Positions 38,730 through 52,709 of a stretch of 64,000 nt of DNA are shown piece after piece. The DNA lies in NCBI RefSeq assembly GCF_964204645.1, contig NC_134031.1:6634001-6698000 (forward strand). The letters run 5' to 3'. Under the pieces are notes generated by a model. It made no database searches. It saw only the letters and a program-made list of their open reading frames with translations, and was not told where the DNA came from. The stretch's first letter is position 1. Every line of letters starts with the position of its first letter. This DNA is from Tubulanus polymorphus. Its lineage: Eukaryota > Animalia > Nemertea. Made by a program: the position numbers and the translations under genes.

Positions 38730-39731
38730 TCAGAACAGCACATGACGCAGTTCTCTCGACACTGATTTGTGCCTCAGCTGTTTTAAACATTGGTTAATTG
38801 GTACTTCCGGTGTTGTTGATTTGTGGGCGGACCATATATCTTCTGACTGCGAGAGTGATTCGAGTTTGCTCAGTACTAGCACAGCGAATGTGCAGTCTCT
38901 CAACCATCTTCTACTATCAACATCATTCGTACAACAGAGCCGAAGCTGAAGGCTGATAATAGTGTCAGTGGCAGTGTTCGTGGTACACCTTCCGATATTG
39001 TTTGTGATGTTACGGCTACCAATACGATACCTGTGGCTGTGGTGCCGGTGGACCCCGATCAAACCGATAAAACAGAAAAACTGGCTGGGTTTCTCGATGC
39101 TAAATCTTATGAAACACCTATAAACGGAAAGTGTGATGATTTGGTCAACTTGAAGTTGCTGTACGAGTCTGCAATTCCAGCTAAGCCTGAGAAGTCTAAT
39201 GTTAAATCGGAGAATGCTGATTTTGAATCAATTAACCATGGATTATACGATCCTAATGCCAAGATGTTAGCGTTCAAGACATCGCCCGATAGAATGCTTT
39301 ATTGGGTTCAAGCAATAGCTTACAGGTACTACTCTGGCTTCGAAACGAATGATGTATTTATGGTTAACTGGACTGATAATAAGGAGAAGAAGGGAGATAA
39401 ACTAAGTGACATTTTGGTGCAGATATCGAGCACTAACTGTGATAATCCTGAAAATATATACACTATACGTATTTTTCCGACCACAGCTACTATCACCGTT
39501 CAGGGGAACTATCTGGACATGTGGAGCACGCGTGAATTTGTTGCGTTACTAGAAAATGTACAACAATTGTACGATGCGTTTCCGGATAAATGTGCCGTTA
39601 AGAAGAAACGTTCTACCAGTAAAGTAGTAGCTACGAAACTCAAGAAGGGTAGTCGTTTAATTAGTAAACCAAAAGTTATTGCCTCGGCGGGTGTCGCCTC
39701 AAAACCTAGCGCGTGTCCGAATTGTGGTTAT
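38730..39731 (+). mobile_element. LINE-A 5' portion (5'UTR and N-terminal part of ORF1)
   Basis: ORF 39033+ contains YTIRIFPTTATITVQGNYLDMW..EF..L, similar to a LINE-B ORF1 segment, and is cut at CPNCGY by the LINE-B tail. The 5' boundary is approximate. Confidence 0.65.
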
Positions 39732-39871
39732 AATTCAATTCAATTCAATAAACTCTTTATTGTACTGCTTACACCCTTTCGGGTCGAGATGCACAGAGTG
39801 ATATTTACAAATAGTATTTACAAAACATAAACATTTTACATTAATATAACAAGAATAAAAGCAGTTTCGTG

Positions 39872-42800
39872 TTAATTATTATCAGAGTCTAGGATTTCAA
39901 AGCCTTTAGAGATGTATTCCCCAATAGGACCATGTAGTTTCTTATCTGTGAGAAGTTTTTTGAATTTGGTCTGGTCCTCCCAATTTGGGGCATCTGGGTA
40001 TATACAGCTCACTGCTCTGTTTAGGTTATATCTTATTTCATTTAGTCGAGAGCATTCTATTATAAAATGAAACTCATCTTCAATGGCATTACAGTGTTGG
40101 CACATTCTATTCTCTCTTGGTAAATTGGTATATCTTCCTCGCTCTATCAGAAGACGATGATTACTTATCCTAAATTTACAAATGTTGGTTCTAATCAGTT
40201 TTGGTAGTATAGGATCCATTAAGAATGGCGTCATGGTAAATTCAGGATTTAGATTTTTGTAGCAGTCTAGTTTTGGGGAATTTTATATCCATTTGTGCCA
40301 AAAAATTTTATATCTCTCTTGTAGTGTATGTTTAGCTCGGGTAAAAGATTTAGAATTAGATGGATTCTCTATCAGTTCTGAATGGTTAAGGATGCCAGCA
40401 AGTTTTGCGAGGAAGTTATACCAAGTAGAGTTCAACAAGATTGACTCTTGCATGGCGTGGTACACCAATCTGTCCTGATTCTGGTGCACAGCATGCCAGA
40501 ATTTCAGGAGTCTCATACAAGCAGCTATATAGAGTTGGTATTTACCGAGTTCACCAATTACAGCCATGTTTGTTGCTCGACGTGTTACATTAAGTACATA
40601 TTTACAAAACGAGATAAATAGTTTATGTAGGTGGTCATCTTTTTCAAATGCTAATTCAATGTTAAAGACATCAGTTTTTGAGATTTTCCTTAGGAGTTGT
40701 TTTGAGGGGACCCAAATTTCACAGCTGTACAATAAAATTGGTGCCACCAAATTATCGAAAAGTTTTATACATACTTCTGGGGTGCAGTTACCCGCACCAA
40801 TAAGTTTTTGGATTGAGAACATGGCTCTTCTAGCATTATTTACCAGGTGGACCTTTGCTTTGTTAAAAACACCGTCTGATGAAAAAATTATACCGAGGTA
40901 CTTGTATTCTTTCACTATGTCTAATGCTAGATTGCCGTACTTAAAGTCTAGGGACACTGGAATGTTACCCTTACGACTAAATACTATGACCTTACTTTTT
41001 TAATGTTAACTTCAAGTTTCCACCTCTGAAAATAGGTATATAACTTATCCAGACAACGTTGGAGCCCTCTTTGGGACTCTGATATCAAAACGATATCGTC
41101 AGCGTATAATAAGCAATTTATGAGATAGTTATGTAATTGAACAGGATCACACAATTCATCAAATATATCGATCACATCATTTATGAAAATATTAAACAGG
41201 ATAGAGCTAAGTATGTCACCTTGCTTTACTCCCACGTTTGAGGGATACATTTCAGACGTTATATTGGTACCGATTTTCAGGCACCAGGTTGTTTTAGAGT
41301 ACATGCTAGATATTATGTTTTGAAAGTGTTGCCCAAGATTAAGATCGTTTAGCTTATGCATAAGTCCCTCGTGCCAGACGGAATCAAATGCTCGTTTTAA
41401 ATCAATAAAACATGTGTATAGCTTTTGTGATTTCAGCAATTTTTTGTCAATGATGGTCTTTAGCGTAAATATATGATCAGAGGTGTTGCCTTTTGGCATG
41501 AATCCTATCTGGTTTTTATTGATAATTTTATTATAACATAGATATTTAATAAGTCTGTTATTGATTATGGAGGAGAATAGCTTTCCTAGACAACTGTTCA
41601 GCGTTATACCTCTATAGTTATCCGGGTTATTGGGCGCGCCACCTTTATGGATGGGTGTTATTATTCCTTGGGCCCAAGAACTCGGGAAGATACCATTACT
41701 GTAGACGTGGTTAAAGATTTGTAGTAAGCTTTTTGAGATTGCCTCTTGTCCGAATTTTAGTAATTCGTTGGTGACGCTATCTAACCCCGGGGATTTGTTG
41801 TTCTTAAGCTTATTGATTGCTTCAAGTATTTCGCGTTCAGTTATTCTGTAATCAAGTTCATGGAATATTTGAGTATTAGGGTTGATTGGGTTATTGCCTG
41901 TATTGGTATCTATTTGATTTTCAGTATGATTTTCCCCTTTACTGATATTAATAAAATGCTGTAGTAGATCTTCCGCATTTGGGCCTTCATAAGTTTTATT
42001 CTTATCACCACCAGGTGCAAGATTAGTGACCGCGTTCCAGAATGTCCTGGGTGGTAGATTTGGCTGGTTAAGTTTATCAAGTTGAGCCTGTTTGAATTTT
42101 AGTTTTTTTGATTTGATAAGCTTTTTGTAAGCCTTTTTGGCTTTAAAGTATTCAGCTCTGGTATCATCTGATGGGAATTCACTAATAAGTCTGCCTAATT
42201 TACGGATTCGGTGCTTTTTTGGTGGCATTGATCATCAAACCATTTCTTATAGGATTTGCGTGCTTTGGTTACCCTTGGCTTTCGGCAATCATTCTTCAAA
42301 ATATTAACAAAATCCTCTACTATCCGGTCAACTGACTCTTGAGTTGGGCTGTCTGATGTCCATCTGTTACCTGTTGTTAAGATCCTGCAATTTTTGTATA
42401 GTTTCTGGGTTTGACAGCAGGTTTTGAATATCGGACGGTGACTTGTAATTTTTGAAATGCTTGTTTTCAAGACATTTCTTTTTAAAGCTAGAATGATTTT
42501 TAGTTGGTTCCTGGTTTTCAAAGTTTAAGCCTACACCAATTGGACAATGATCAGACAGCTCACTTAGGTCATGGACATGGAAATATCTGACATTATGAAA
42601 CAGGTCTTGGTTTACTATACAAAGGTCGGGAGTGCTACTACCATTATACTGATGACAAGTGTACTTGCCCAAAAAGTCACCGGGGCTTCTGCCGTTTAAA
42701 ATACATAAATTGGCAGTATCACACATTTCAAGCATATTTCTCCCCATTTTGTTAATGGTTTTATCCTTGCTTCTCCTGTTGGGCATATAACCGTTTTTGG

Positions 42801-43362
42801 AGACAAGCTCCTGGATATTTGGTAGAAAAGCGAAGTCATCCTCATCTGTTTTATGTATAACATTAGCTGTTGCGGTCCGGGCATTAAGGTCACCTATAAT
42901 CATTACATCACCGCGTTTACGGTATTCAGAGCAGCTGCTCTCTAGGAGTTGAAAAGTTTCATCGGAGTGTTTTGCTCCGTAAGTGGAATTTAAGGGGCTA
43001 ATATAGGCAATGGCTAGATATAATGAACTAGAATTTTTGGTGCCGGAATTTGGAGTTATTTTGAGCCAAACTATTTCCGATGAATTGTTTTCAACCACTT
43101 TGACAAAGTTTCTAAGATAGTCTTTAACATATATTATAATGCCCCCATAATTTCTACGGGCATTTGGCAGATTAGCTCTACACGATTGCAGCTTCTTGAA
43201 CCCAGAAATTTCGTTTGAGATTTCATCGTTTTGGCAAGTAAATGTCTCTGTTAGGCATATAACATCATAACAGTTGGTAAGTTTCTTAAAGTACTCGTCC
43301 TCAGTCTTACATATAAATCCATTTTTCACACCCTGGATATTCCAATGACATATATTGAGCAT
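39872..43362 (-). pseudogene. LINE-B ORF2: AP endonuclease, reverse transcriptase, CCHC
   Basis: HWNIQG, LTET, GDLNART, SDH; NYRGITL, FIDLKRAFDSV, GVKQG, YADD, YKYLG; IERGRY..CQHC..EDEFHF..C. Split by about two frameshifts and a stop. Confidence 0.92.
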
Positions 43363-43478
43363 GATACGGGTAGTGACAGTTATAGTATTTTAAGACAAAT
43401 ACACAGCAGTTGTTTAATACAAGCAAGCGACAGGATAATACCTGTAACAATAGAATTTATATATATAGATAAGAGTAT

Positions 43479-45530
43479 CTAGTGATATCTGGAGTGCCTG
43501 GTGAACAGTTGTAAAGCTCTGCGGACACCAGTCGCTAAGTTGTTGGCGAATCTCCTGATTCCGTCTCTCTTGTTGAGATGGATCGAGTCCTTGTAGAAAC
43601 GTTGTTGATCATCAAGGTTGTCATTGTTCACTACGGTGGTGTTTCTGTCGTGCGCGGCTAATGATACGATATAAGAGTTAAATGATCTCGACTGGATGTC
43701 GAAGGTTCGCGTATCGAATCTTGGCGGAATTAATGAGACAACGAGTTTCACACCTGGAAAGTAGTCCTTGATTTTATTAACTAGGTTGATGTATTAGTCT
43801 ACACAAGCACTACCGCTATTGAGGTTTCTTATATCGTTGGTGCCAACATGCAGTATGATGCAGGACACACGCTCATGCTGGATTTTGTCTACGACATCCG
43901 ATGCTTGCCTGATGGTGAAAGCGCGCTTAGAGAATACTTTGCAAGCATCTTTGACGAAACGTTTCGGATCTATATATCTGGTATTCGAATCGCCGATAAT
44001 GTAAACGCTCCGATAATTCCGACTTTGACTTAGTGAGGCCTCACGAGGTGTCGGGCTGCAGGTGTTGATATGTCGGTCGTTGCTGATTGTGTCATTATCG
44101 GAGTCGACAATCAGATTCCTGTGGCCATCAGTATCACTAGAAGCGAGGAGACTATTTTCGTGTAAAGACTCCTCCCTTGCTACCGGTGAATTGTTCGCAG
44201 CCGTAGATTTCAAATCATTGAGCAGCTCTAGGGCTGACATGACTTGAGCGTTCGTATTGCACGTTTTCTCCAGGATATCTTTGACGCGATTATCATTTCT
44301 GTCTACTAATTTCTTTAGTTGTTCGGACGATTTCTGCATGATCGGTACAGCGGTAGATAAATCCGAGACATGATCTACACGCTTAACTAGGTCATCTAGA
44401 CGGTCATGTATTGAGTTCATGTGTGACAATTTGGCACACTGGCCAGCTTGTTGCGAGACGTTAACCAGCTGTGATTCAATCGATCTAAATAGGTCAAGAA
44501 TATCCGAACTGTCCAACACTGACTGGATGGTTTGGCACCCGATGGAGACGCGATTGGACTCCGCGATGTCTACTTGACACCCAATGGTGGTGAACTTCTT
44601 ACTGATCGAATGCATTATGTCATGCGTTAAGTGATCGGGCTCCACATTGGATGAAGCGTTCACTTGACACCCTGCGGTGGTGTTTCCATTGAGGGCGGTA
44701 ACTGGAGCGCAACTTATCAGCGGTTGGTTTGGCTCCCCAGCATTACTGCATGGGGGGCAGATGTAAATTTCATCCATATTTGACGTAGCTTTAGAGAGGT
44801 CGTCCTCTGATAGCCTGGAGCATTTGTTGTGAGTCCACCCCTCGCATAGAGAGCATTGGATCATTGACTTAGAGTCCGGGTCGGGGCACGATAAGCAGCT
44901 TGACTTGGGAGACTTCGCGGGTCCATGCAACGGTAGGGGTGGCCCTGGCTTCTTCTTAAGTAGCTTTTCTAACATCTTAGGCAGATCTTCACTAAGCCAA
45001 AGGAGGTACGATGAGCCCTGCACATGTAATTTTGCAGATTTCTTAGCCGATCACTTGTAAAGGGTTATGTGGATTGTGCCGAGGGCGTTATCATCAACAT
45101 ATGTCCCACTGAAATGGAGGCCGTGATCACCACGGTCTATAGGGTTGCCATAATCGTTCCTTAGTTCGGATAGGAATGATTTGACACTGCTATTTGGGTC
45201 TTTGCTTGACAGGTCAATAACTACTGACTGAGACTTTTCTGAGATATTAATCTGTTGGTTTAAAAGACCCAGTTTATTTTCTGTTGATGATTTTCGCCGT
45301 CTATCCGAGGTTGTGGTATGGCTTAAGTGTTCTCTGAGATGCACGTAAGCGCTGTTAAGTTTTTGAAATTGTGCAGTAGCATTTGGAATAACGCTGCGAT
45401 CCGGGTGAGTTTCTCGTGCCAGGGAGAGGTACTTAACGCGGAGCTCGTCCAGTGTAGGCAGTTTAACGAATTGCAAAGTGTTCATGCTTACTTTCACCTC
45501 ATTTCCGGGTCTTTGTATGGACGGCGCCAT
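43479..45530 (-). pseudogene. LINE-B ORF1: J domain, unknown alpha/beta domain, PHD finger, coiled coil, SGNH esterase (two in-frame stops)
   Basis: YLSLARETHPDR..AQFQKLNSAY; CLSC..CSLCEGWTHNKC..CPPC; IGDS, HVGTND, DSIHL. The three ORF pieces share one frame, and the stop at 45051 is Gly in the 14.8-kb copy. Confidence 0.88.
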
Positions 45531-45748
45531 TTTGAATTCCGACGATCGGTGTAGTTTCGTCACTATTTCGAGTCTACTCACGACTTAATAAGCTCTGGCG
45601 TTTCTATACTTGCATCTGTGCAACATCGGAGTATTTAATTTAACCTCTAAGGGTTAATTTCAGTTACTTGACGGTAGTAATCGGTTAGTTTTGCACAAGA
45701 TTTATAGAGCGACAAATTTCGCGGCCATGTCCTACTACAGCGCCACTG

Positions 45749-48700
45749 ATTCCCATGACGGCCACTAATCAAATAGACAAAAACGAGGAGGTGTATAAAG
45801 ACTTAGAAGAGTCAATCAATGATTTAGTGCCTTCAATTCAGGAGATAGTGGATAATACCACTACCCTTATGACCGAGTCCTCTGAACTGAGGAAATCTGT
45901 ACAATCATTATTAAATGATGCGCAGTTAATTATCGCTTCATTGGAACTTTCACATACTAAAAACAGTCTGAAGCATCTTGATAATAAAATTGGTAGCCTC
46001 GGCATTGCCGCTTCAAGTTTCTCGGAGAACTGCAATACAATTTTGCAGTGCCTGAACAGTATTCAACAAGATGTCTCGAGCAACGACAAAGTTTATCGGG
46101 ACTTGCTCAGTGAGACGCAGGAACTAGTACTCAAAACTCAAGATGAGGTCGTCTCACCTGGTTACTCTGTCTCCACGCGTATTGATGGCGTGGTGGATCA
46201 AATATCCAGTAAATTGGATCTTGTCTCAAGTCATGTGATTCACACCGAACGTAAATCGCATATGACGAAGCCTGATGAACCGAATCATGAAATCAACACT
46301 AATAGCGTTGATGATCGATCGGATAAATGCATTAAAGTACTGGTATGCTCTGATTCGATACTTAACAACTATGAAAGAACTATGAACTGTGAACTATGAA
46401 AGACTTACCCGTAATATCAACGCTAGCGCGGAATCCGTGAAAACTATAGTTCGCTGGACGATCTACACCGTTTTGGTGTGAACTACAACGGAGGCCATGA
46501 TATCGTAATCATTCACGTCGCCACAAATGACATTCGCCATTGTAAGAACTATGAAGAGGTGCGATATGAAGCCTGGAGGCTAGTAGCTCTAGCGTATGAT
46601 TTGGCCCGAAACTCCGGCGCTCGGATTATGATCTCTGGTTTGGTACTTAGTCTTGATCGTATCGTGGATGATAAGATTATTGATTTTAACATAAGTGTTC
46701 GAAGACATTTGGCTGATATCTGTGAAGCCAACATTCTGTTCTTTGTTAATGACAACCTTATAAGAAAGGGTTATCTATAGCGTCATTTATTTAGGGATGA
46801 ATTCACCTCTCATATGAAGGAACTGCAGCTGTGCTTTCTAGCAATATCATATCGAAAAAGTACAACCAAATCTAAATCTAATTCCGGGGCATTTCTGTTT
46901 TAATAAAAAATAAGTTTAAACCTCATATCAGATGTGTTTAAAAAAACTGCTGACCATATAATTTGGGTTGAAATTGATAAAGTAGTAACATGTACTGATA
47001 AGAACATTTTCCTTGCTTGTATTTATATACCACCTGTAAACTCTCATGTTTACAAATCGAAAACTTTGGATATTTTCGAATTATTGTACCAGGATATAGC
47101 CTCTTTCTCTTCTCAGGGTAGAATTCTTCTTTGCGGGGATTTCAATTCGAGAACTGGAAATTATATATATTTTATTGATGATCAAGGTAGAGACAGTCAT
47201 CTAAGTGATGATACTGGCTTTTCCATGTCGTCAGATTGCTGTAAATATAGGAGATCTCAAGATTTGATAGTAAATTCCTTTGGTCGTAAGCTTATTGACC
47301 TAAGTCATGTAACCTACGAATCCTGAATGGCAGAATGCTAGGTATTCTTATAGGTAAACCAACTTGCTACAAATATAATGGATGTAGTGTGGTTGACTAT
47401 TTTATTTGTGATGATGACTTAGTCAAACATATTTTATGCACTAAAGTAGATAAACTCACTATGTTTTCTGACCACTGTAAACTTTCATTATTCATCAATA
47501 CTAAGAGAAGTGATGATAAAAGTGACGTAAATAATTCTTCCACGCAAGCTTCCTCCTGTCCCCTTTTTGACAAACCCCATAGATTCAAATGGGCAGAGGA
47601 TAGCCTAAATAGTTTTAAAGCTACTTTTGATGGAGAAGATGTCATCAATAAGATACAACATCTTAGTAATCTATCTGCCCAGGACAATATCTCAAATTAT
47701 CTATCCTCCTGTATAGATATTTATAACCTAGTTTCTGAAGATTCTCTAAAATCAAGCCGCATTCTGATTAACAAGAACAAGAAAGATATCGTTGAACGAA
47801 AATGGTTTGATTCAGAGTGTCTGCAAGAAAGGAGAAAGATAAGAAGAAAAGTACGTAAAGTTTCGTTGTCCTCTAATTCTAATAATAGCTTAATTTCGGA
47901 CTACTATTCCGCAAAGAAAAAATACAAAAAATTATTAGCGGGAAAAAAAGAGCTTTCACGGACAATTGAATAAATGACCTAAATTATTCCAATTCAAACT
48001 CTAAGAAATTTTGAAAAAATATAAATGCTTTGCGTAATCCGCGCCAGTCGACACAATCAAATATCACCCTTAGCCAGTGGGCTCAGCATTTTAAATGTTT
48101 GAGCACTCCAAATCCTATGTACCAAGACAAAATTAAATCTTTTAGTGAAACATTGATTGAACTTGAAAAAGGACAACCTATCTTTACTCAGCTTGACTTC
48201 CAAATAACAGAAAAGGAAATTCTTGATGCTTGTAAAAACCTTAAATGTAATAAGGCATCGGGGCATGATGCAATTTTAAATGAAATTTTAAAGCATAGTA
48301 TGCCCTCAATGTTGATACCACTCAAGAAATTGTTTAATGCTATTTTAAGCTCTGGGGAATATCCCGCTGAATGGTCAAAGGGAATTATCACCCCAATTTT
48401 CAAGAAAGGCAATAAAGATGATGCTAACTGTTATAGAGGTATAACCATCACTAGTTCTTCTGTCTAATTCTAAATAATCGTCTGGAATCATATATTGATA
48501 CTAATAATGTAGTTTCGAAAAACCAAATTGGATTTAAGAAAAATGCGCGTTGTTCTAATCATCTTCTAACCATGAAGCATCTCGTGAATAAATATACCTC
48601 TAAACGGAAGCAAAAATTTTATTGCGCGTTTATCGATTTCCAACGTGCTTTCGACAGTGTAATACATGATGCATTATTTATCAAATTGATCAAAAGCGGT

Positions 48701-50420
48701 ATTAATAGCTAGTTCTACAGAATTATTAAGAATATGTATAAAAATGCTCACTCGCAGGTTCAAAGTAACTCGTATCTGTCAGAGTCGTTCCCTGTAAAAA
48801 TAGGGGTACACCAAGGAAACATCCTGAGCCCCATACTCTTTAATATTTTCATCAATGATATAAACTCCATTTTTACAGGTAATGACCTACCCACATTATG
48901 GGACATTACTGTATCCTGTCTTATGTATGCCGATGACCTAATCCTTTTCTCCCGATCTGAAAATGGCTTACAAAATTCATTAAAAAAACTTGAAAAATAC
49001 TGTTCTCAGTGGGGTATTAGTGTTAATGTAAATAAATCTTGTATTATAGAGTTTAATAAATCAGGGAAGGTTAATGATGTAAATAGATATGTCTTTAAAA
49101 ATGAAGCTATACCAATTCGTAAACAGTGCAACTACCTTGGTTTTACTATCTATTGTAATGGTAACTTCAAATTATCACAAGAAGTCCTTGCAAATAAGGG
49201 CTTTAGAGCTCTATTTAACCTAATCAAAATGCCTGGCTTCTACAGTCTTAGCATATCTCAACAGTTACATCTTTTTAATTCTCTTATTAAACCTATTATT
49301 ACGTGTGGCTCTGAAGTCTGGGGCTTCTCACCTATTATGACATACTTAAAAAACAGCTCAGAATTTAACGACATAGGTATGCAATACAATAAATATATTT
49401 CCCAAAAAGTACTCTCCAGATTTTGTAGAATCATTCTAGGCCTACACGCGAAGGCACCCATTTTACCTGCTCTTGGAGATCTTGGTGTTTTTCCATTAAT
49501 TATCGACATCCTCACATCATCAGTGAAATTTTGGATGGCAAATATAACTGGTGATCGCACATCTGTTATATATAAATGTTTTCTTTAAATGTATAATGAT
49601 AATCTTTTGAGGAAAAGTGAGTTTAATTATATCTCATGTATTAAAAAATTACTGATAAATTTCAATTTAAAAGACCTGTTCGATAACGTAGGAGGGTCCA
49701 ACAGTCCTGCTTCAGTCTTGCGACGTTTCAAAAATATCCTTAGGGAAAATTTTCTTCTTGGTTGGAGTGCAGAGATTTTTAACCCCTCTCATAGAAGATA
49801 TCTTTTTTATAGTAAAGTTAAAATCTCATATCAACTGGAACCATATTTGCTATTTATAAAAGACTTCAGTACAAGAAGCGCATTAGCGAAGTTACGCACC
49901 TCTTCACATAACCTACTTATAGAGAAAGGTAGACATCTAGGTATTGATAGAAAATCCCGTTTGTGCAATATATGTCGATGTCTAGATGACGAAACACATT
50001 TTATTACAAACTGTAGCATTCACAACTTAAACAGGATCAAATTCAACTTACAGCATATGGATATAAATGGTATTTCAAATATTTTTAATTGTATAGATGA
50101 AAACTCCAGCATAAGGTTTCTGTTAAACCTAGCTACTTTTACGAAATTTGGATTTAAACACATTGCATGTAAATAGTATTGTAAATAGTATTTTAAAGTA
50201 TGTATAGATGTCGCCTTAAGCTCTCAGTTGCATCATCCGTCTCAACTTTGTGCTCTATTGTCATAGTTATGTTCCTATTGTATCATTTTTTGCATTTTTA
50301 CTTTTCGTTTCTTTTTTTATAAATTCCGTCTGCTTTCTTTTTTCCTTGTTTATGTTCATTGACAATCTTTGTATGTACAGATTATATGATGAATAAACTG
50401 AATTGAAATTGAATTGAATT
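45749..50420 (+). mobile_element. LINE-A 3' portion (ORF1 remainder, disrupted ORF2, TGAAT tail)
   Basis: Near-identical to 15526-20572, with a ~330-bp deletion near 46850 that removes the ORF1/ORF2 junction. Confidence 0.92.
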
Positions 50421-52709
50421 CATCACACGTTATCTTTGGATCAAAATTAATATGATTGGACTTAGCGATATGTTCTGACCGTGTTGCCGGCCCATATACG
50501 CAGCGTCTCAGAATGGTTCTTGAAGGGGGACCGGCCCATTGCGCAGTTTTTCAGAATGGTTCCATACCACAGATAGGGAGGCCCAAACGCCGCCTCTCGG
50601 AATGGCTCTGGGGGCTGCCGATGCGTGCGTTCGCGGTAAATTTTATAAGAGAGCTTACAAATAGTACCATACGAATTTTGGGGAAGAGTCAAATGTAAAA
50701 CTTCGTACGGGGAGTGAGTCAAAGCAAAATGTACGTACTATTAGCTCTCTATAAGTATGTCTGTATGAGAGATATCTAAAAAATAATGTCAAACGGCAAT
50801 TGTCAATTAATAGTCCCTCAATTTAAGCTTAATCATGCAATTCGTTGGTTGAATGGAGGGGCTTTTCAAATGAACGTACTGGTGGTGTGGTCAATATAGA
50901 AAGGACAAAGATCGAACGAGGAGGGGCCTAATGAAACGGCTGGGGCAGAATTTACGGTTAGTTATTTGAATGATAGGGTTTGTACCACTGACAGGTCAGA
51001 CGGGGTATGGGGGGTGTGGAGTTGGTTCCAAGAACTCTAAACATGTGAAGCATTTAGATTTATTTCCCGGCCAATTAATGAATCATTTTCGGTAGCAAAA
51101 TAAATAACAGGATTCTGCATTAATGCACCGTCCATTGGACGGGTATTCAGCTAGTCTAGATATAAATATGCACTACGTAAATCTTTTATAGTTTGCTATA
51201 GTTGCTGGACGTATCGGCCCCACTCCGCGCGGTTGCACCACCGCGCGGGATTTACGCGAAGCAGCAAACACAAACATGCCCACTCTCTCAACTTTCAATG
51301 ATAGAAATCGTGTGTGCATTTCAATTATTTCGGCTGTTAGGGTTTTAAGGCACAATATAAGTTGATGATGTGATATGGCGATGTTAATTAATGATAATTC
51401 CGCAGTGAAGCTAGTCACGAACGGTGCCGATTGAGTGTACAGCTGCCAAAAACACTGAAATGTGCGTAGTTGCGTAACTATTTGCAGTGAATTGCAGACG
51501 AAACATGAAGCCTTAACGGCCGTTTAAAAAAAATTATACCAATCGCAATTGTAAAATAAAATTTAGAAAGTTAAAATTCTGGCCATTTCTAAAATGTTAT
51601 TACTAATTTTTAGTCAGTGCCGAACGTTTAGTTTTTCAACAAAAATGAGGGGTGGTAGGTAGTCATGCAATTCAAGTCATCATTTATTGCACGTTACTTC
51701 CGTGTTGTTGAAAATCTCGCGAGTCCTGGACCAAACCCCATTGAACAATGTGATCTGTGTGCTGGCCACAAATGCACACAGATCACACTACACTACCCAT
51801 TACACACTCCAGTACCAATATTTAGAGTGTCTTTCTTCCTGGATGGTATTTCGCGAAAGAATGATTTATTAGTCTAGGTGCCACGAATCGTACAACTTTA
51901 TCAGATATCGGTTTGTTCAAAACGCAGAAATGCAGAAACGCAGAAATTGGTGTCTTGATTTCAGGGACAATAAAGCTAAATTTAATTTTACTTTATCCAG
52001 CTCAATTTCAGTAATTTCCGTAATACCGTCTGTTGAAATTATGCAGACGACATAGCCAAATTCACAATCGTTATGAGCCACGATGAATGAATCAAAAACG
52101 ATAATCAAAAACGATAAATGCCGACACGGTTTTGAAAAATGTGTAGATATTACATACCGCGTACTCATGAAAAATCCAATCATATCATGAGAAAGTTGGA
52201 AGGGGGTCCCAGAGTCTTATGCATAACCTGCAAATGTAATACTCAGCGTCTCAGGAAATCATTTACAGATGAAAAAGGAAACTCATCATATCGAAGATGT
52301 AACACTTGCTGTAGTATTTGAAAGATTCTTTGAATAATCGAAAGATTCTTTCTCTCTGCAATTAGACACTCAAATCAATTTGCGAGCGTTCCAGCTACAG
52401 ATTAACAGATAAACCACGAAACTCGTGGTAATATAGCCCGCTGATGAGACAAAAAAATTTTATTTTCTCAGCAACCGTAACTAGACTGAAAATCGTAAAC
52501 GAGCAAGCAGAGTGAATGATTTCGAAGGTCAAATTCGTTTGTATGCAGCTGTAGTAATTAACTATGTTTGAATGCAGCTTAGGTTACTGACTACATGCAG
52601 CTCTAATGAATCCTTAACATTGTCCCGTAAAATGAACACACCAATTTCTGCGTTTCTACATTTCTGCGTTTTGAAGAAACCGCTAACTCGATACGATGAT
52701 TTTCGGGTG

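Larger units (their letters stand above)
39732..45748 (-). mobile_element. LINE-B, near full-length RTEX-like non-LTR retrotransposon (~6 kb) nested in LINE-A
   Basis: 5'UTR, ORF1, ORF2, AATAAA and a (TTGAA)n tail ending at 39732. Confidence 0.92.

Noticed and set aside
45530-45760. Bidirectional twin-LINE element with a shared promoter (the same junction is also at about 15.4 kb)
   Set aside because: Better explained by LINE-B nested in LINE-A ORF1 (N-terminal part at 39033-39731). The second junction lies in a segmental duplication with shared downstream flanks.
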